NCBI GenBank assembly: GCA_963843015.1
Contig: CAWJIR010000012.1
Span: 133,422-197,421, forward strand
Direction of reading: 5' to 3'
Source of the DNA: an uncultured Chloroflexia bacterium
GTDB lineage: Bacteria; Chloroflexota; Limnocylindria; QHBO01
Length of the DNA stretch: 64,000 nt
Made by a program: the position numbers and the translations under genes. Below the pieces are notes generated by a model. It saw nothing but the letters and a program-made list of their open reading frames with translations, did not search any database and was not told the DNA's origin. This document shows, piece by piece, positions 29,082 through 38,351 of this stretch (positions are counted from its first letter, which is position 1; each line of letters starts with the position of its first letter).

Positions 29082-29642
29082 TGAGCGGCCTCCCGTGACG
29101 TCGAGCGAGCGTCGGCGTCGAGCGCCGATGCGCATCGCGCGCATCGCGTAATGCAGTCGAGAAGAAACCGTCCCGACGGGGACGCCGAGCACGTCGGCGA
29201 CCTCGTCGAGCGGCAGGTCCAGGTAGTGGTGCAGGACCACCACCGATCGATGTTTCAGGGACAGTCGCCGGAAGCCACGCTCCAGCTGGTCGCGATCGAC
29301 GACCGAGCCGGTGCTGTCCGCCGCCATCGGTTCGTCAACCTGGAGGAGGCGGAGGTTTGGCGCCCAGCGGCGGGATTTCCGGCCCTCGGCGTAGCAGGCG
29401 CGCACGAGGAGCCGATACGACCAGGCCTCGAAGCGGGCCGGGTCGCGGAGCTGCGGGAGGTCCTGCCAGACGCTCAGCAGCGCCTGCTGCGTTGCGTCCT
29501 CGGCGAGGTCGATGTCGCTCAGGATCCGGTGCGACGTCGCCAGGAACCGATCCGCAATCGTGGCGGCCAGATCGGCAAATGCCTCCTGGTCTCCACCCTG
29601 TGCCCGTTTCACGAGATCGGTATCCATGCCCTCTTCCGCCAA
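29079..29642 (-). CDS. ECF-type RNA polymerase sigma-70 factor (frameshift near 29135)
   Basis: QEAFADLAATIADRFLATSHRILSDIDLAEDATQQALLSVWQDLPQLRDPARFEAWSYRLLVRACY, and LSLKHRSVVVLHHYLDLPLDEVADVLGVPVGTVSSRLHYA. The true end ...ALDADARSTSREAAQ* is in the next frame. Start is TTG at 29642 or ATG at 29627. Confidence 0.85.
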
Positions 29643-29820
29643 TGGCGTCAGTTCAGACCGACGCTACAACTGGTATGGGTGCCCGACGGCGCCAGAAACT
29701 TCATTTGGCGTCGTGCGCGGCGTTCTTGATGCGTTCTTCACCGCGCGTCCGGAGGATGCGAGGCAACCGGGAGGGCACAACTGACGACCGCAAGCCCACA
29801 GACGAGGTAGCCACGGAACG

Positions 29821-30598
29821 ATGTCCCAGCCACTGAAACTCCTGGGCGGCGCCGCTGCCCTCATCACCGCCGCCCTGGTGGGCGGAACACTGATCGGATC
29901 GGTCCTGGCCGCTCCCGCGGGGAGTGGCGCGACCGGCACCAACGCACTCTTCGGGGGCGACGAGACGACCGACGAGGCCGGCGCGTACTGCCAGACCTTC
30001 CTCGACACCTTCGCCTCGGAGCTCGGGGTCTCGACCGATGAGCTGGCCCCGGCCGCGAAGGCCGCCGCCATTGCCGCCATCAACGCCGCGGTCGAGGCCG
30101 GCGATCTGCACCCAGGACGTCGCCGATCGGATGATCGAGAAGATCAACGCGTGGGACGGCGACGGGTGCCGCTGGATCGGCTTCAAGCTCGGGCATTGGG
30201 CCCACCACGCGGCGCGAGTCGAGTTCATGTGCGGCATGTGGGAGGCCGCAGCCGGGGCCCTGGGGATGGAAACGAGCGAGCTCCGCGAGGCGCTGGTCGA
30301 CTCCACGCTCGAAGAGGTCGCCGAGGCCGAAGGCGTCGACTACGCCGATGTGGTCGCGGCCGCCCTCGCCTCGGCCAAGACCGATCTCGACGCCGCGGTC
30401 GCAGCCGGCACCATCACCCAGGAGAAGGCCGATGAGATCTACGCCCGCCTCGAGACCTGGCTGAACGAAGGCGGGATCGGAAACTTGGGGGAGGGGCCGG
30501 GCCGGCCGTTCCACGGACCGTTCTTCGCGCCTCCGGACGACAGCTCGTCCGACACGCCGTCGAGTGACGGCACCGATGCGGAGGGCACGTCGGCGTAG
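29821..30598 (+). CDS. Secreted helical protein of unknown function (frameshift near 30105)
   Basis: Signal peptide MSQPLKLLGGAAALITAALVGGTLIGSVLAAPAG, then helical repeats (…AIAAINAAVEAGDL | QDVADRMIEKINAWDGDGC…TITQEKADEIYARLETWLNEGG…) and an acidic Ser/Asp tail. Confidence 0.5.
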
Positions 30599-30657
30599 GG
30601 TGTCGCCGCGAATCGCGGTGAGGAACCACGGCGGGAGATCCGCCGTCTAGTAAGCGA

Positions 30658-30690
30658 AAGGGCCGCCCTGGCTGTGGGGCGGTCCTTTTC
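30658..30690 (+). terminator. Rho-independent terminator candidate
   Basis: AAGGGCCGCCCTGGCTGTGGGGCGGTCCTTTTC: a GC-rich stem (GGCCGCCC / GGGCGGTCC with one bulge) followed by a T4 run, 60 nt after the stop at 30598. Confidence 0.6.
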
Positions 30691-30774
30691 GCGTGGCCGC
30701 GAGCGGCGCTGTCGCGACCGGCGGGTACCTTTGGGGGATTCGGGCTCGGCGTGGGGCCGACCTAGGATCGGTCC

Positions 30775-31392
30775 ATGGCCGTCAGCCTCACCGGGAGGTC
30801 CGCCACCGCGACGCGGGTCGAGGAGCGGACGCTCCCCGCCCGCACCGATACGCAGCGGCTCCTCCGCCGATTCCTTGCGCGCCCGGTGATCGGTGTCTTC
30901 CTCGTGGCACCGTTGCTGGGCGCCATCCTGGGCGTGGGCACGCCGTCCTGGCTGCTGACCCTGAGCGGCGCCGCGGCGATCTATCTGGCCGTGGACCTCT
31001 TCCTGACCAGCATCCAGCGACCGGTGCCCGCCGAGCTGGCGGCGTACGTGAACCTCATCGCGTGGACCGCGGGGATGGCGGTGCTCGGGGCGGCGGGCTG
31101 GACAAGCACCGCGTGGCTATACCACGGTGAGGTAGTCGCATTGGTGGGCATGGCAACTGGTTTCGCCGTCGGCCTCGGCAGCCCACGGAGGGTGGCCATC
31201 CTGTGGACCGTGGCGGCGAGCGCGGCCGTAGCCCTGGGAGCGTCTCTCGTCGGGCCTCTCACCGCGGAACCGGCGATGGCCATCTCGGCCATCGCCATCG
31301 GGACCTGGTTCGGGGCGGTGGTGAGCCTGATCGTGGAGCGGCTCGTGCCCCCGCGATCGCCGGCCCGGCCGATATTCGACCCGCCAGCCTAA
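30775..31392 (+). CDS. Polytopic membrane protein, unknown function
   Basis: Intact 205-aa ORF with about 5 predicted TM helices (VIGVFLVAPLLGAILGV; LLTLSGAAAIYLAVDLFL; etc.). Confidence 0.5.
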   Translation: MAVSLTGRSATATRVEERTLPARTDTQRLLRRFLARPVIGVFLVAPLLGAILGVGTPSWLLTLSGAAAIYLAVDLFLTSIQRPVPAELAAYVNLIAWTAGMAVLGAAGWTSTAWLYHGEVVALVGMATGFAVGLGSPRRVAILWTVAASAAVALGASLVGPLTAEPAMAISAIAIGTWFGAVVSLIVERLVPPRSPARPIFDPPA

Positions 31393-31447
31393 GTCGGGCG
31401 AAAACGGGCTGGACCAGCCCCCGGGTCTCGCGCACGATGCGCGGAAC

Positions 31448-33108
31448 GTGGATGCGAGGTCGTCGGCCCGACTGCTGACCATCGGCTGGGTGGCCAGCTT
31501 TGCGCTGTGCGTGGCCGCCAGCTCGCTCAGCGCAGCGAACGGGCGTCCGCCCGAGATCTTCCTTCCGCTCGGTGTCAGCGGGGCGATCTACGTCACTTCC
31601 GGCTGGCTGATGGCGCGACGTCGACCGGACAACCGCATCGGCTACCTGCTGATGCTGATCGGGGTCGTCTATGCCGGGACTGGTGGTCCTCCGCTACCTG
31701 TCCTACGAGATGGAAGTGCTGAACGTGGCGCTTTCCTCGATTCCCGCGATCCTGCTCGCCTATGTCCTCCTGGCCTATCCGTCGGGGACCCTCGCCGGAC
31801 GGGCTGAGCGGGTCACCATCGTGGCCATTGCCGCGGTGTTCGTGGTCCTTGCCGTGGCGACCATCCTGACCGTGGAACCGGCACTCCACGGCACCAGTCG
31901 GTGCCCGCCGTGTGCGCCGAATCCGTTCCGCATCACCGACACGTCGGTGTTCCCAATGGTGAACACCCTGAGCGGACTGGTACAGGTGGCGTCCGCCGCG
32001 GTCGTGGCGGTCCTGGCCATCCGACGCTGGGTGCGGGCGCGTGGCACGGCGCGGAGAGTTCTTACGCCGGTCCTGTTCGGTGGGCTCGTCACCGCGGCTG
32101 GCCTCATCGTCACCAGTCTGATCTTCCTCACCGGCGGTGAGTTCGACCTCGCCGGCCAGCTCATCCTGGTGCTCCAGGTTCTGGTCCCGGTCGGTCTGGC
32201 GGTGACGTTCGTCCGGGTCTACGCCGCTCGCGGTGCAGTCGCCCGGGGCGTGATCCAGCTCGGGGCCAGCCCGAGCACGGAAGCGCTCGAGGACGCCCTC
32301 AGGAAGGCGCTCCACGACCCGAGCCTCATCGTCGCCCGCTGGTCTGGCTGCAGCCAGCGCCTATCTCGACCGGGAAGGTCGTCACGTCGAGCTGGACGAG
32401 CTCGACGTGGATCGCTCCGCCGTGCGGCTCGAACGCGACGGTCAGCCGCTGGCGGCGATCCTCCACGACGCCGCCCTGGATGTGGACCCCGGGCTGGTGG
32501 GCACCGTGGTCGATGCCGTCCGCTTTTCGGTGGAGGCGACTGACCTGCGCGACGACCTGCGGGCCCGCGGCGGCGACGTGGCTGGGCTGCCCCGAGGCGA
32601 GGTCACGTTCCTGTTCGGCGACCTCGAGGGCTCAACCGAGCTCCTGACCAAGCTGGGTGATGCCTACGTCGACGTTCTGGTCGAGTTGCGCCGCATCGTG
32701 CGGGAGGTCGCCGAGCGGAACCATGGCCGGGTGGTGGACGCGCGCGCCGACGAGTGCTTCCTGGTCTTCGCCGAGCCCCTCCACGCGCTCGAAGCGGCGG
32801 TTGACCTTCAGCGGCGCCTCAACGGGGCGACGTGGCCGAGTGGGGTCGAGCCGCGCATGCGGATCGGTCTCCACCTCGGGACCCCCGAGCTCACGGCCGA
32901 TGGGTACGTGGGCCTCGACGTGCACCGCGCGGCCCGGGTCATGGGCACCGCGCACGGCGGTCAAGTTGTCGCGTCCGCGTCCCTCGCCGTCGCACTCACC
33001 GGTCACCTGCCTGATGGACTGACGCTGTCACCACTCGGCTACCAGACGCTCAAGGGAATCCCGGAGCCCGAGTTCCTGTACCGGGTGGCGACAAGCGGCC
33101 TGGGCTAG
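31448..33108 (+). CDS. Membrane-anchored class III adenylate/guanylate cyclase with multi-TM sensor module (2 frameshifts, near 31680 and 32340)
   Basis: Six or more TM helices (ORFs 31448.. and 31671..). A juxtamembrane block reads AYLDREGRHVELDELDVDRSAVRLERDGQPLAAILHDAALDVDPGLVGTVVDAVRFSVEATDLRDDLRA. The cyclase domain reads EVTFLFGDLEGSTELL...RVVDARADECFLVF...RIGLHLGTPELTADGYVGLDVHRAARVMGTAHGGQVVAS. Confidence 0.8.
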
Positions 33109-33144
33109 CCGGGAATCCTGCCGCTCAGCTCCCAGGCCGTCCGG

Positions 33145-33838
33145 TCAAGCGGCCGCCAGAACGTCCCGGTGTTGCCGCAGGTGGAACGCGACGTCCAGCA
33201 CCGTCTTGCCGACCACGAGGACCAGCAGGGAGCCGACCGGCGTACCGATCCAGATGCTGACGAACGCCCCGAGGACGATGGTCAGGTGCATGATCACCAG
33301 CCGCCCGTAGGGCTGGGTCATGACATCGGCCGGCGAGAGGGTCCGGTACTCGCCGCGGCCGATGTAGTTCATCCAGAACGACACCCCATGGCTGATGGCC
33401 AGCCCGACCACCGCGAACGCGAACGCCGGGACGTCCACCTCGGGAAATCCGAAGAATCCGCCGCCCGGTGCCCCGCTCTCCTGAGAGCTCAGGCCGGTCA
33501 TGGCCGGAATGAAGGTGAACACGAAGATGCCGTGCACCACCCAGAACAGTCCGTAGTGCACGGTGAAGAACCCGGCCGTGCCGAGCCGGCTGAGCGAGGT
33601 GGCTGGCCGGCCGTTGACTGACCAGCGCATGGTCCGCGGGCTCGAGGTCGTTCCCTCGGCGGTGAGGATCTTCAGAACGTTGATCACGCCCACGACCCCG
33701 TTCTCGGCCCAGTACAGGGCCAGGATCAGGAGGAGGTCCCAGCCGAACCACAGGACACCAGCCAGCGGAATCAGGTTGGTGATGATGAGCAGCGCGACCG
33801 CGATGGCCGACGAGTTGACGCGATAGGCGCTCGTCAGG
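33145..33838 (-). CDS. Polytopic membrane protein (DUF6498-like)
   Basis: NLIPLAGVLWFGWDLLLILALYWAENGVVGVINVLKIL and five further TM segments. The start codon is uncertain; only CTG is available just after the upstream stop at 33834. Confidence 0.55.
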
Positions 33839-34268
33839 CGACCGACAACTCCCCGCGGGGGAAGCTCAGCCACCCCAGGTCGGCGGGCGGGTGTGCATCG
33901 GCTCGGTGCGCATTCCAGGTGTCCCATTCCTCGACCACGAGCCCGTCCTCGTTGAAGCGGAGCAGGGAGATGCCGGCCAGGGTCATCGGCTTGTCGTCCT
34001 CGATCTGGGTTGCCCACCACGGCACGGCGGCTCGGTCGCCGTCCACCACCGGTTCCCCGAACCAGGCGGTGACGGTGTGCTCCGAGGCGAACGACTGAGT
34101 CACGTACTCGCGTGCGCCGGCCAACCCGCGATATGGCTCGCGGAATGGCTCGGTCCAGTACTCGATCTCCGGGGCGTAGAGGGTGAGCACCCGCTCCACG
34201 TCCCGTGCCTCCCAGGCCGCCTGCCAGGTCCGCGCCCAGTTCTGGGCTGCGGCTCGGGTATCGGTCAT
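33834..34268 (-). CDS. SnoaL/NTF2-like domain protein
   Basis: Intact 144 aa. AQNWARTWQAAWEARDVERVLTLYAPEIEYW...AGISLLRFNEDGLVVEEWDTWN. Confidence 0.7.
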   Translation of the reverse strand: MTDTRAAAQNWARTWQAAWEARDVERVLTLYAPEIEYWTEPFREPYRGLAGAREYVTQSFASEHTVTAWFGEPVVDGDRAAVPWWATQIEDDKPMTLAGISLLRFNEDGLVVEEWDTWNAHRADAHPPADLGWLSFPRGELSVA

Positions 34269-34298
34269 GGCGCTGGCCTCCGTCTCCCGTAGCCGCTC

Positions 34299-35405
34299 TC
34301 AGCCGCCGATGCGGGACATGTTCCGCGGCGGGGGCCGGAAGCCCGGGTCGCCGATGTGGTGCTTCAGCTCCTTGTTCCAGGCTGCCTCGCGGATGAGCTC
34401 AGCCAGATCGGCGTCCGACGCGCCGGCGCGCATCGGTCCACGAAGGTCCGTCTCGTCGATGCTGAACAGGCACGTCCGCAGCGTCCCCTCGGCCGTCAGC
34501 CGCAGCCGGTCGCAGGCGTCGCAGAACGGCTCGCTGACCGGGTTGATGAAGCCGATCTCCCCCACCCCATCGGCGAACCGATACACGCGGGAGGTCTGGG
34601 CGGGGTCCGCCATCGGGATCGGCTCCAGCGGAAGCCAGGCCGATGGGACCGATGCCTCCAGCGCCGCCTTCAGCTCGGCGCCGGTCAGGACCTCGTCCGC
34701 CGTCCAGCGACCGCCGCCGTCGAGCGGCATGAACTCGATGAAGCGCACGACGTAGCCGCGCTGGCGGGCCAGGTCGGCGAAGGCGCGGATCTCGCGGTCG
34801 GTGATGTCGCGCAGGGCGACGGCGTTGACCTTGATCGGGCGCAGCTGCGGGTAGGCCTCCGCGGCCTTGAGGCCGTCCAGGACCTGGTTCGAGCGCGTCG
34901 CGGCGGGTGATGTCGCGGAACGTCTCGGCCACGAGGGAGTCGACGCTCACGTTCAGGCGCTGGAGGCCCGCGGCGGCCAGGGCGGGCAGGTGGCGCTCGA
35001 GAAGGAAGCCGTTGGTCGTGAGGGACAGGTCGGTCAGGCCGTCGGGTTCCATGGCCGCCAGGCGCGCGACGATCTCGGGCAGCTCGCGACGGACGAGCGG
35101 CTCGCCCCCGGTGAGGCGGACGTTGGTGATGCCCATGCCCACCAGCAGGCCGACCAGCCGCTCGATCTCGTCGGGGGTGAGCAGCTCCCCGTGGGGCAGG
35201 AACGTCATGTCCTCCGAGGGCATGCAGTACAGGCAGCGGAACTGGCAGGCATCGGTGACCGAGACACGCAGGGCGCGCAGCGTGCGTCCGAACCCGTCGA
35301 CCAGCGGCCCCTCCCCGTGCAGGTGTGCCGGCCCGGCACCGTTCGCCCGGGACGTGCCGCGGCAGCTCGGTGATCTGGGTCAGCACCTGCGCCATCGGTA
35401 CAGCA
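34299..35405 (-). CDS. moaA: GTP 3',8-cyclase MoaA (radical SAM; at least 3 frameshifts)
   Basis: LRVSVTDACQFRCLYCMPSEDMTFLPHGELLTPDEIERLV...VRLTGGEPLVRRELPEIV (CxxxCxxC cluster), MRFIEFMPLDGGGRW, and the C-terminal cluster SEPFCDACDRLRLTAEGTLRTCLF. The ATG at 35405 (MAQVLTQITE...) is in a different frame from the body. Confidence 0.85.
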
Positions 35406-35469
35406 TCCCAGAGGTCGTTGCTCGCTGCACGACCCGCCCTCTGCTGTTTGGCTCGCGGCCGACTCCCCG

Positions 35470-35556
35470 TTGCCTCGCGTGCATTCGTGGTATCGCGGTA
35501 ACAAGCTCGACCGTGCTCGCTACCACGAATCGTGGCGACGCAGAAGCGTGGTGGCC
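35470..35556. repeat. Conserved palindromic element, copy B (in the moaA 5' region)
   Basis: Core 35492-35550 is CATTCGTGGTATCGCGGTAACAAGCTCGACCGTGCTCGCTACCACGAATCGTGGCGACG, with shared flanks (CTCCCC..TCGC upstream, GCAGAAG downstream). It lies between the GNAT stop (35586) and the moaA start (35405). Confidence 0.6.
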
Positions 35557-35585
35557 TCAATACACCCGGGCAGCCATCAAGGGCG

Positions 35586-36435
35586 GAAGTCGATCCGCAA
35601 CGCGTCGGTAACCGGCCGGTAACCGATGGCCTGGTAGATCTTGTTCGACGTCGGGTTGGCGAGATCGGTGTACAGGAAGCAGAACCGCCGGCCCGCGTCG
35701 AGCTGTGCCTGGCTGACCGCGGCGACCAGCGCCGATGCGTAGCCCTGCCCGCGGTCGGACGGGCGGGGTGTAGACCGGACCGATGCGGATGCCGTTCGGC
35801 GTCTCGCCGCCGACGCCGGTCAGGGACCTCGGTCCGTTGTCGTCCCACAGCCACAGCCGACGCCCCTTCCCGGCCAGCCAGTCGTCGACCGATGCCATCG
35901 CCCGGGACGCGTCATCGTCGCCGAGCGCCTCGCGCCCGAACTCCGCGATCCAGTCGACGAGGAGCAGCCGGTCGTCGGGCGTCGCGCGCTCGCATGCCAC
36001 CGCTCACCGGGCGCGGCGGTATGACGGCCGTGAGCTCGAATACCCGCTCCTCCATACCGATCTCCCACCGGCCGCCGTGGGCTGCCACCCATCGGTCCGC
36101 AAATCCGGTGGCCACGTCCGGCGCCCCGACCACTCCGGGAACGATCCTCGCGTTCCAGATCGGCCACGAGCATGTCCAGCGCCGATTGCGTCGTCGACCT
36201 CGGAGAGGACGAGGTTCGACGGGGGCGTTCGGAGTGCCGCTGCGACCAGCGCCCCGTCTTCGGTGACCACTGCCAGGTACGGCGGCCCGGCGTAGATCTC
36301 GGGATGGTCGCTGAGGGTCGACGCAATGCCCAGGATCAAGTTGTGCTCCGCCTCCCGTCGCCCGAGCCACGCGCCGGCGGCAGCCAGGAAGTCCGGCGCG
36401 TGTTCGAATCGGTCCAGTCGCAGGGGTCCGCCCAT
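35586..36435 (-). CDS. GNAT-family N-acetyltransferase (at least 4 frameshifts)
   Basis: MGGPLRLDRFEHAPDFLAAAGAWLGRREAEHNLILGIA...PPYLAVVTEDGALVAAALRTPPSNLVLS (tail of ORF 36004..37569); ...RLLLVDWIAEFGREALGDD...RLWLWDDNGPRSLTG...IRIGPVYTPP (ORF 35557..36000). The acetyl-CoA motif RGQGYASALVAAVSQ...FLYTDLANPTSNKIYQAIGYRP...* was read by hand and ends at 35586. Confidence 0.7.
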
Positions 36436-36459
36436 CGGTCCAGAGGGTAGGCTACGAAG

Positions 36460-37449
36460 GTGACGAAGATCGGCTACGCGGCCATGCTCGAGCAGTTCCA
36501 TCCGACCGATCTGCTGGGCTGGGCCGAGGAGGCCGAGGCGGCCGGGTTCTCGGCCGGGTTCATGGTCAGCGAGCACTTCCATCCGTGGACCCCCGACCAG
36601 GGCCAGTCCGCGTTCGCGTGGGCCTTCATGGGGGCGCTGGGCCAGCGGACCACCCTCCCGTTCGGGACAGCGGTCACGACGCCCGGCTTCCGCTACCACC
36701 CCGCGGTCATCGCCCACGCGGCCGCCACGCTGGGCGCCATGTACCCCGGCCGCTTCTGGCTGGGCCTGGGCGCCGGGGAGGCGCTGAACGAGCACGTCAT
36801 CGGCGGGGAGTGGCCGGAGATCGGCGTCCGGAGCAGCATGCTGTTCGAGGCCATCGAGGTCATCTCGAAGCTGTTCACCGGGGACGTGGTCAAGCACGAC
36901 GGCGAGTACTTCACGCTCGAGTCCGCCCGGCTCTACACGCGCCCGGACAAGCCCGTTCCCATCTACGTCGCCACGTCCGGGCCGTACAACGCCAAGCGCA
37001 CCGGCCGATGGGCGGACGGGATGATCACCGTCGGCGCCGCCGACGAGAAGCTCGAGATGCTGTGGGGCAAGTTCGCGGAAGGCGCGCGCGAGCAGGACAA
37101 GGACCCCGACACCATGCCCAAGCTGCTCCAGATCCACGTCTCGTGGGCGGAGACCCAGGAGGCCGCAGAGACCCAGGCCGTGAAGGAGTGGCCGAACGGC
37201 GGAATGCCCTTCCCCAAGCAGGACATCCGCAACCCCGAGGACTTCGCGAACATGGCCAAGCTGGTGCGGATCGAGAACTACGCCAACCGGATGCTGATCA
37301 GCGCCGACCTCGACGAGCACGCGGCCCACATCCAGCAGTTCGTGGACATGGGCTTCTGGGAGGTCCACGTCCACAACGTCGGGCGCAACCAGTCGGAGTT
37401 CATCCGCGCCTACGGCGAGCGGGTCCTGCCCCAGCTGAAGCTCGGCTGA
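36460..37449 (+). CDS. LLM-class F420-dependent oxidoreductase, G6PDH family (TIGR03557-like)
   Basis: Intact 329 aa, GTG start. KIGYAAMLEQFHPTDLL..AEEAEAAGF...VSEHFHPW...QSAFAWAFMGALGQRT...GTAVTTPGFRYHPAVIAHAAATLGAMYPGRFWLGLGAGEALNEH matches the family along its whole length. Confidence 0.85.
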   Translation: MTKIGYAAMLEQFHPTDLLGWAEEAEAAGFSAGFMVSEHFHPWTPDQGQSAFAWAFMGALGQRTTLPFGTAVTTPGFRYHPAVIAHAAATLGAMYPGRFWLGLGAGEALNEHVIGGEWPEIGVRSSMLFEAIEVISKLFTGDVVKHDGEYFTLESARLYTRPDKPVPIYVATSGPYNAKRTGRWADGMITVGAADEKLEMLWGKFAEGAREQDKDPDTMPKLLQIHVSWAETQEAAETQAVKEWPNGGMPFPKQDIRNPEDFANMAKLVRIENYANRMLISADLDEHAAHIQQFVDMGFWEVHVHNVGRNQSEFIRAYGERVLPQLKLG

Positions 37450-38348
37450 TGAGCTCCACGGTGGCCTCCGCATCGATTCGCACCCGCGACGGCCGGAGCC
37501 TGGACGTCTACCGCGGCGGGGCCGATGCCGGCGCGCGCGGCACGGTGCTCTACCTCCACGGCAGCCCAAGCGCCGGGATCCAGGGGCCGGGCATGGCGGC
37601 CGCCTGCGCGGCGCAGGGGATGCAGCTGATCAGCTTCAGCCGGGCGGGGTACGGGAGCAGCAGCCGGCGACCGGGGCGATCGGTAGCCGACGTGGTCGAT
37701 GACGCTGCCGACGTGCTGGACGCATTGGACGTCGAGCGGGCCTGGGTGCTCGGGTGGTCCGGCGGTGGACCGCACGCCCTGGCCTGCGTGGCCATTGCGC
37801 CGGATCGATTCCGCGCGGCCGCCCTGATCGGCGGCGTGGCGCCGTAGCCAGCCGAGGGGCTCGACTGGTTCGAGGGGATGGGGCCCGAGAACGTCGAGGA
37901 GTTCCAGGCGACCCTCGCCGACCCCGAGAACAGCATCCGCTCCGCCGAGCGGGACTGGCCGAAGTATCGCGATGTCACCGGACCCGAGGTCGCCGAGGCG
38001 CTCGGCGGGCTGATCGACGACGTCGACCGTGGATCGCTGACCGGGGAGTTCGCCGAGTTCCTGGCAGCCGGCAGCCGGGAGGGGCTCCGCGAGGGGTACT
38101 GGGGCTGGGTCGACGATGACTGGGCCTTCACCAAGGCGTGGGGCTTCGACCTCGGCGCCATCAAGGCGCCCGTCCACGTCTGGCAGGGCGGCCACGACAA
38201 GATGGTGCCCTTCGGGCACGGGGCGTGGCTGTGCGATCACATTCCGTCCGCCTGCCCCCACCTGCTTCCCGAGCACGGCCACCTGACCCTGGCCGTGGAC
38301 TCGATCGGACTCATCATCGACGAGCTCGTCTCCCCGCTCGGCACCTGA
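37449..38348 (+). pseudogene. Alpha/beta hydrolase interrupted by an in-frame TAG at 37845-37847
   Basis: ATGA overlap with the F420 gene. ...VLYLHGSPSAG...[55 protein letters not shown]...VWQGGHDKMVP...LPEHGHL. Both halves are in the same frame. Confidence 0.7.
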
Positions 38349-38351
38349 CCG

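Noticed and set aside
35406-35586. Calling the moaA upstream region a Moco riboswitch.
   Set aside because: moaA is a classic Moco-riboswitch target and the leader contains CGAGCC- and CCUC-like strings. However, I cannot reproduce the Rfam consensus from memory well enough to assert a match. The conserved palindromic block is also found upstream of a non-Moco gene. It is left as a check (cmsearch RF01055).
37845-37847. The TAG as pyrrolysine or programmed read-through.
   Set aside because: It is a single occurrence, with no pyl genes or PYLIS-like context in the window. A point error or mutation of a Tyr codon is simpler.
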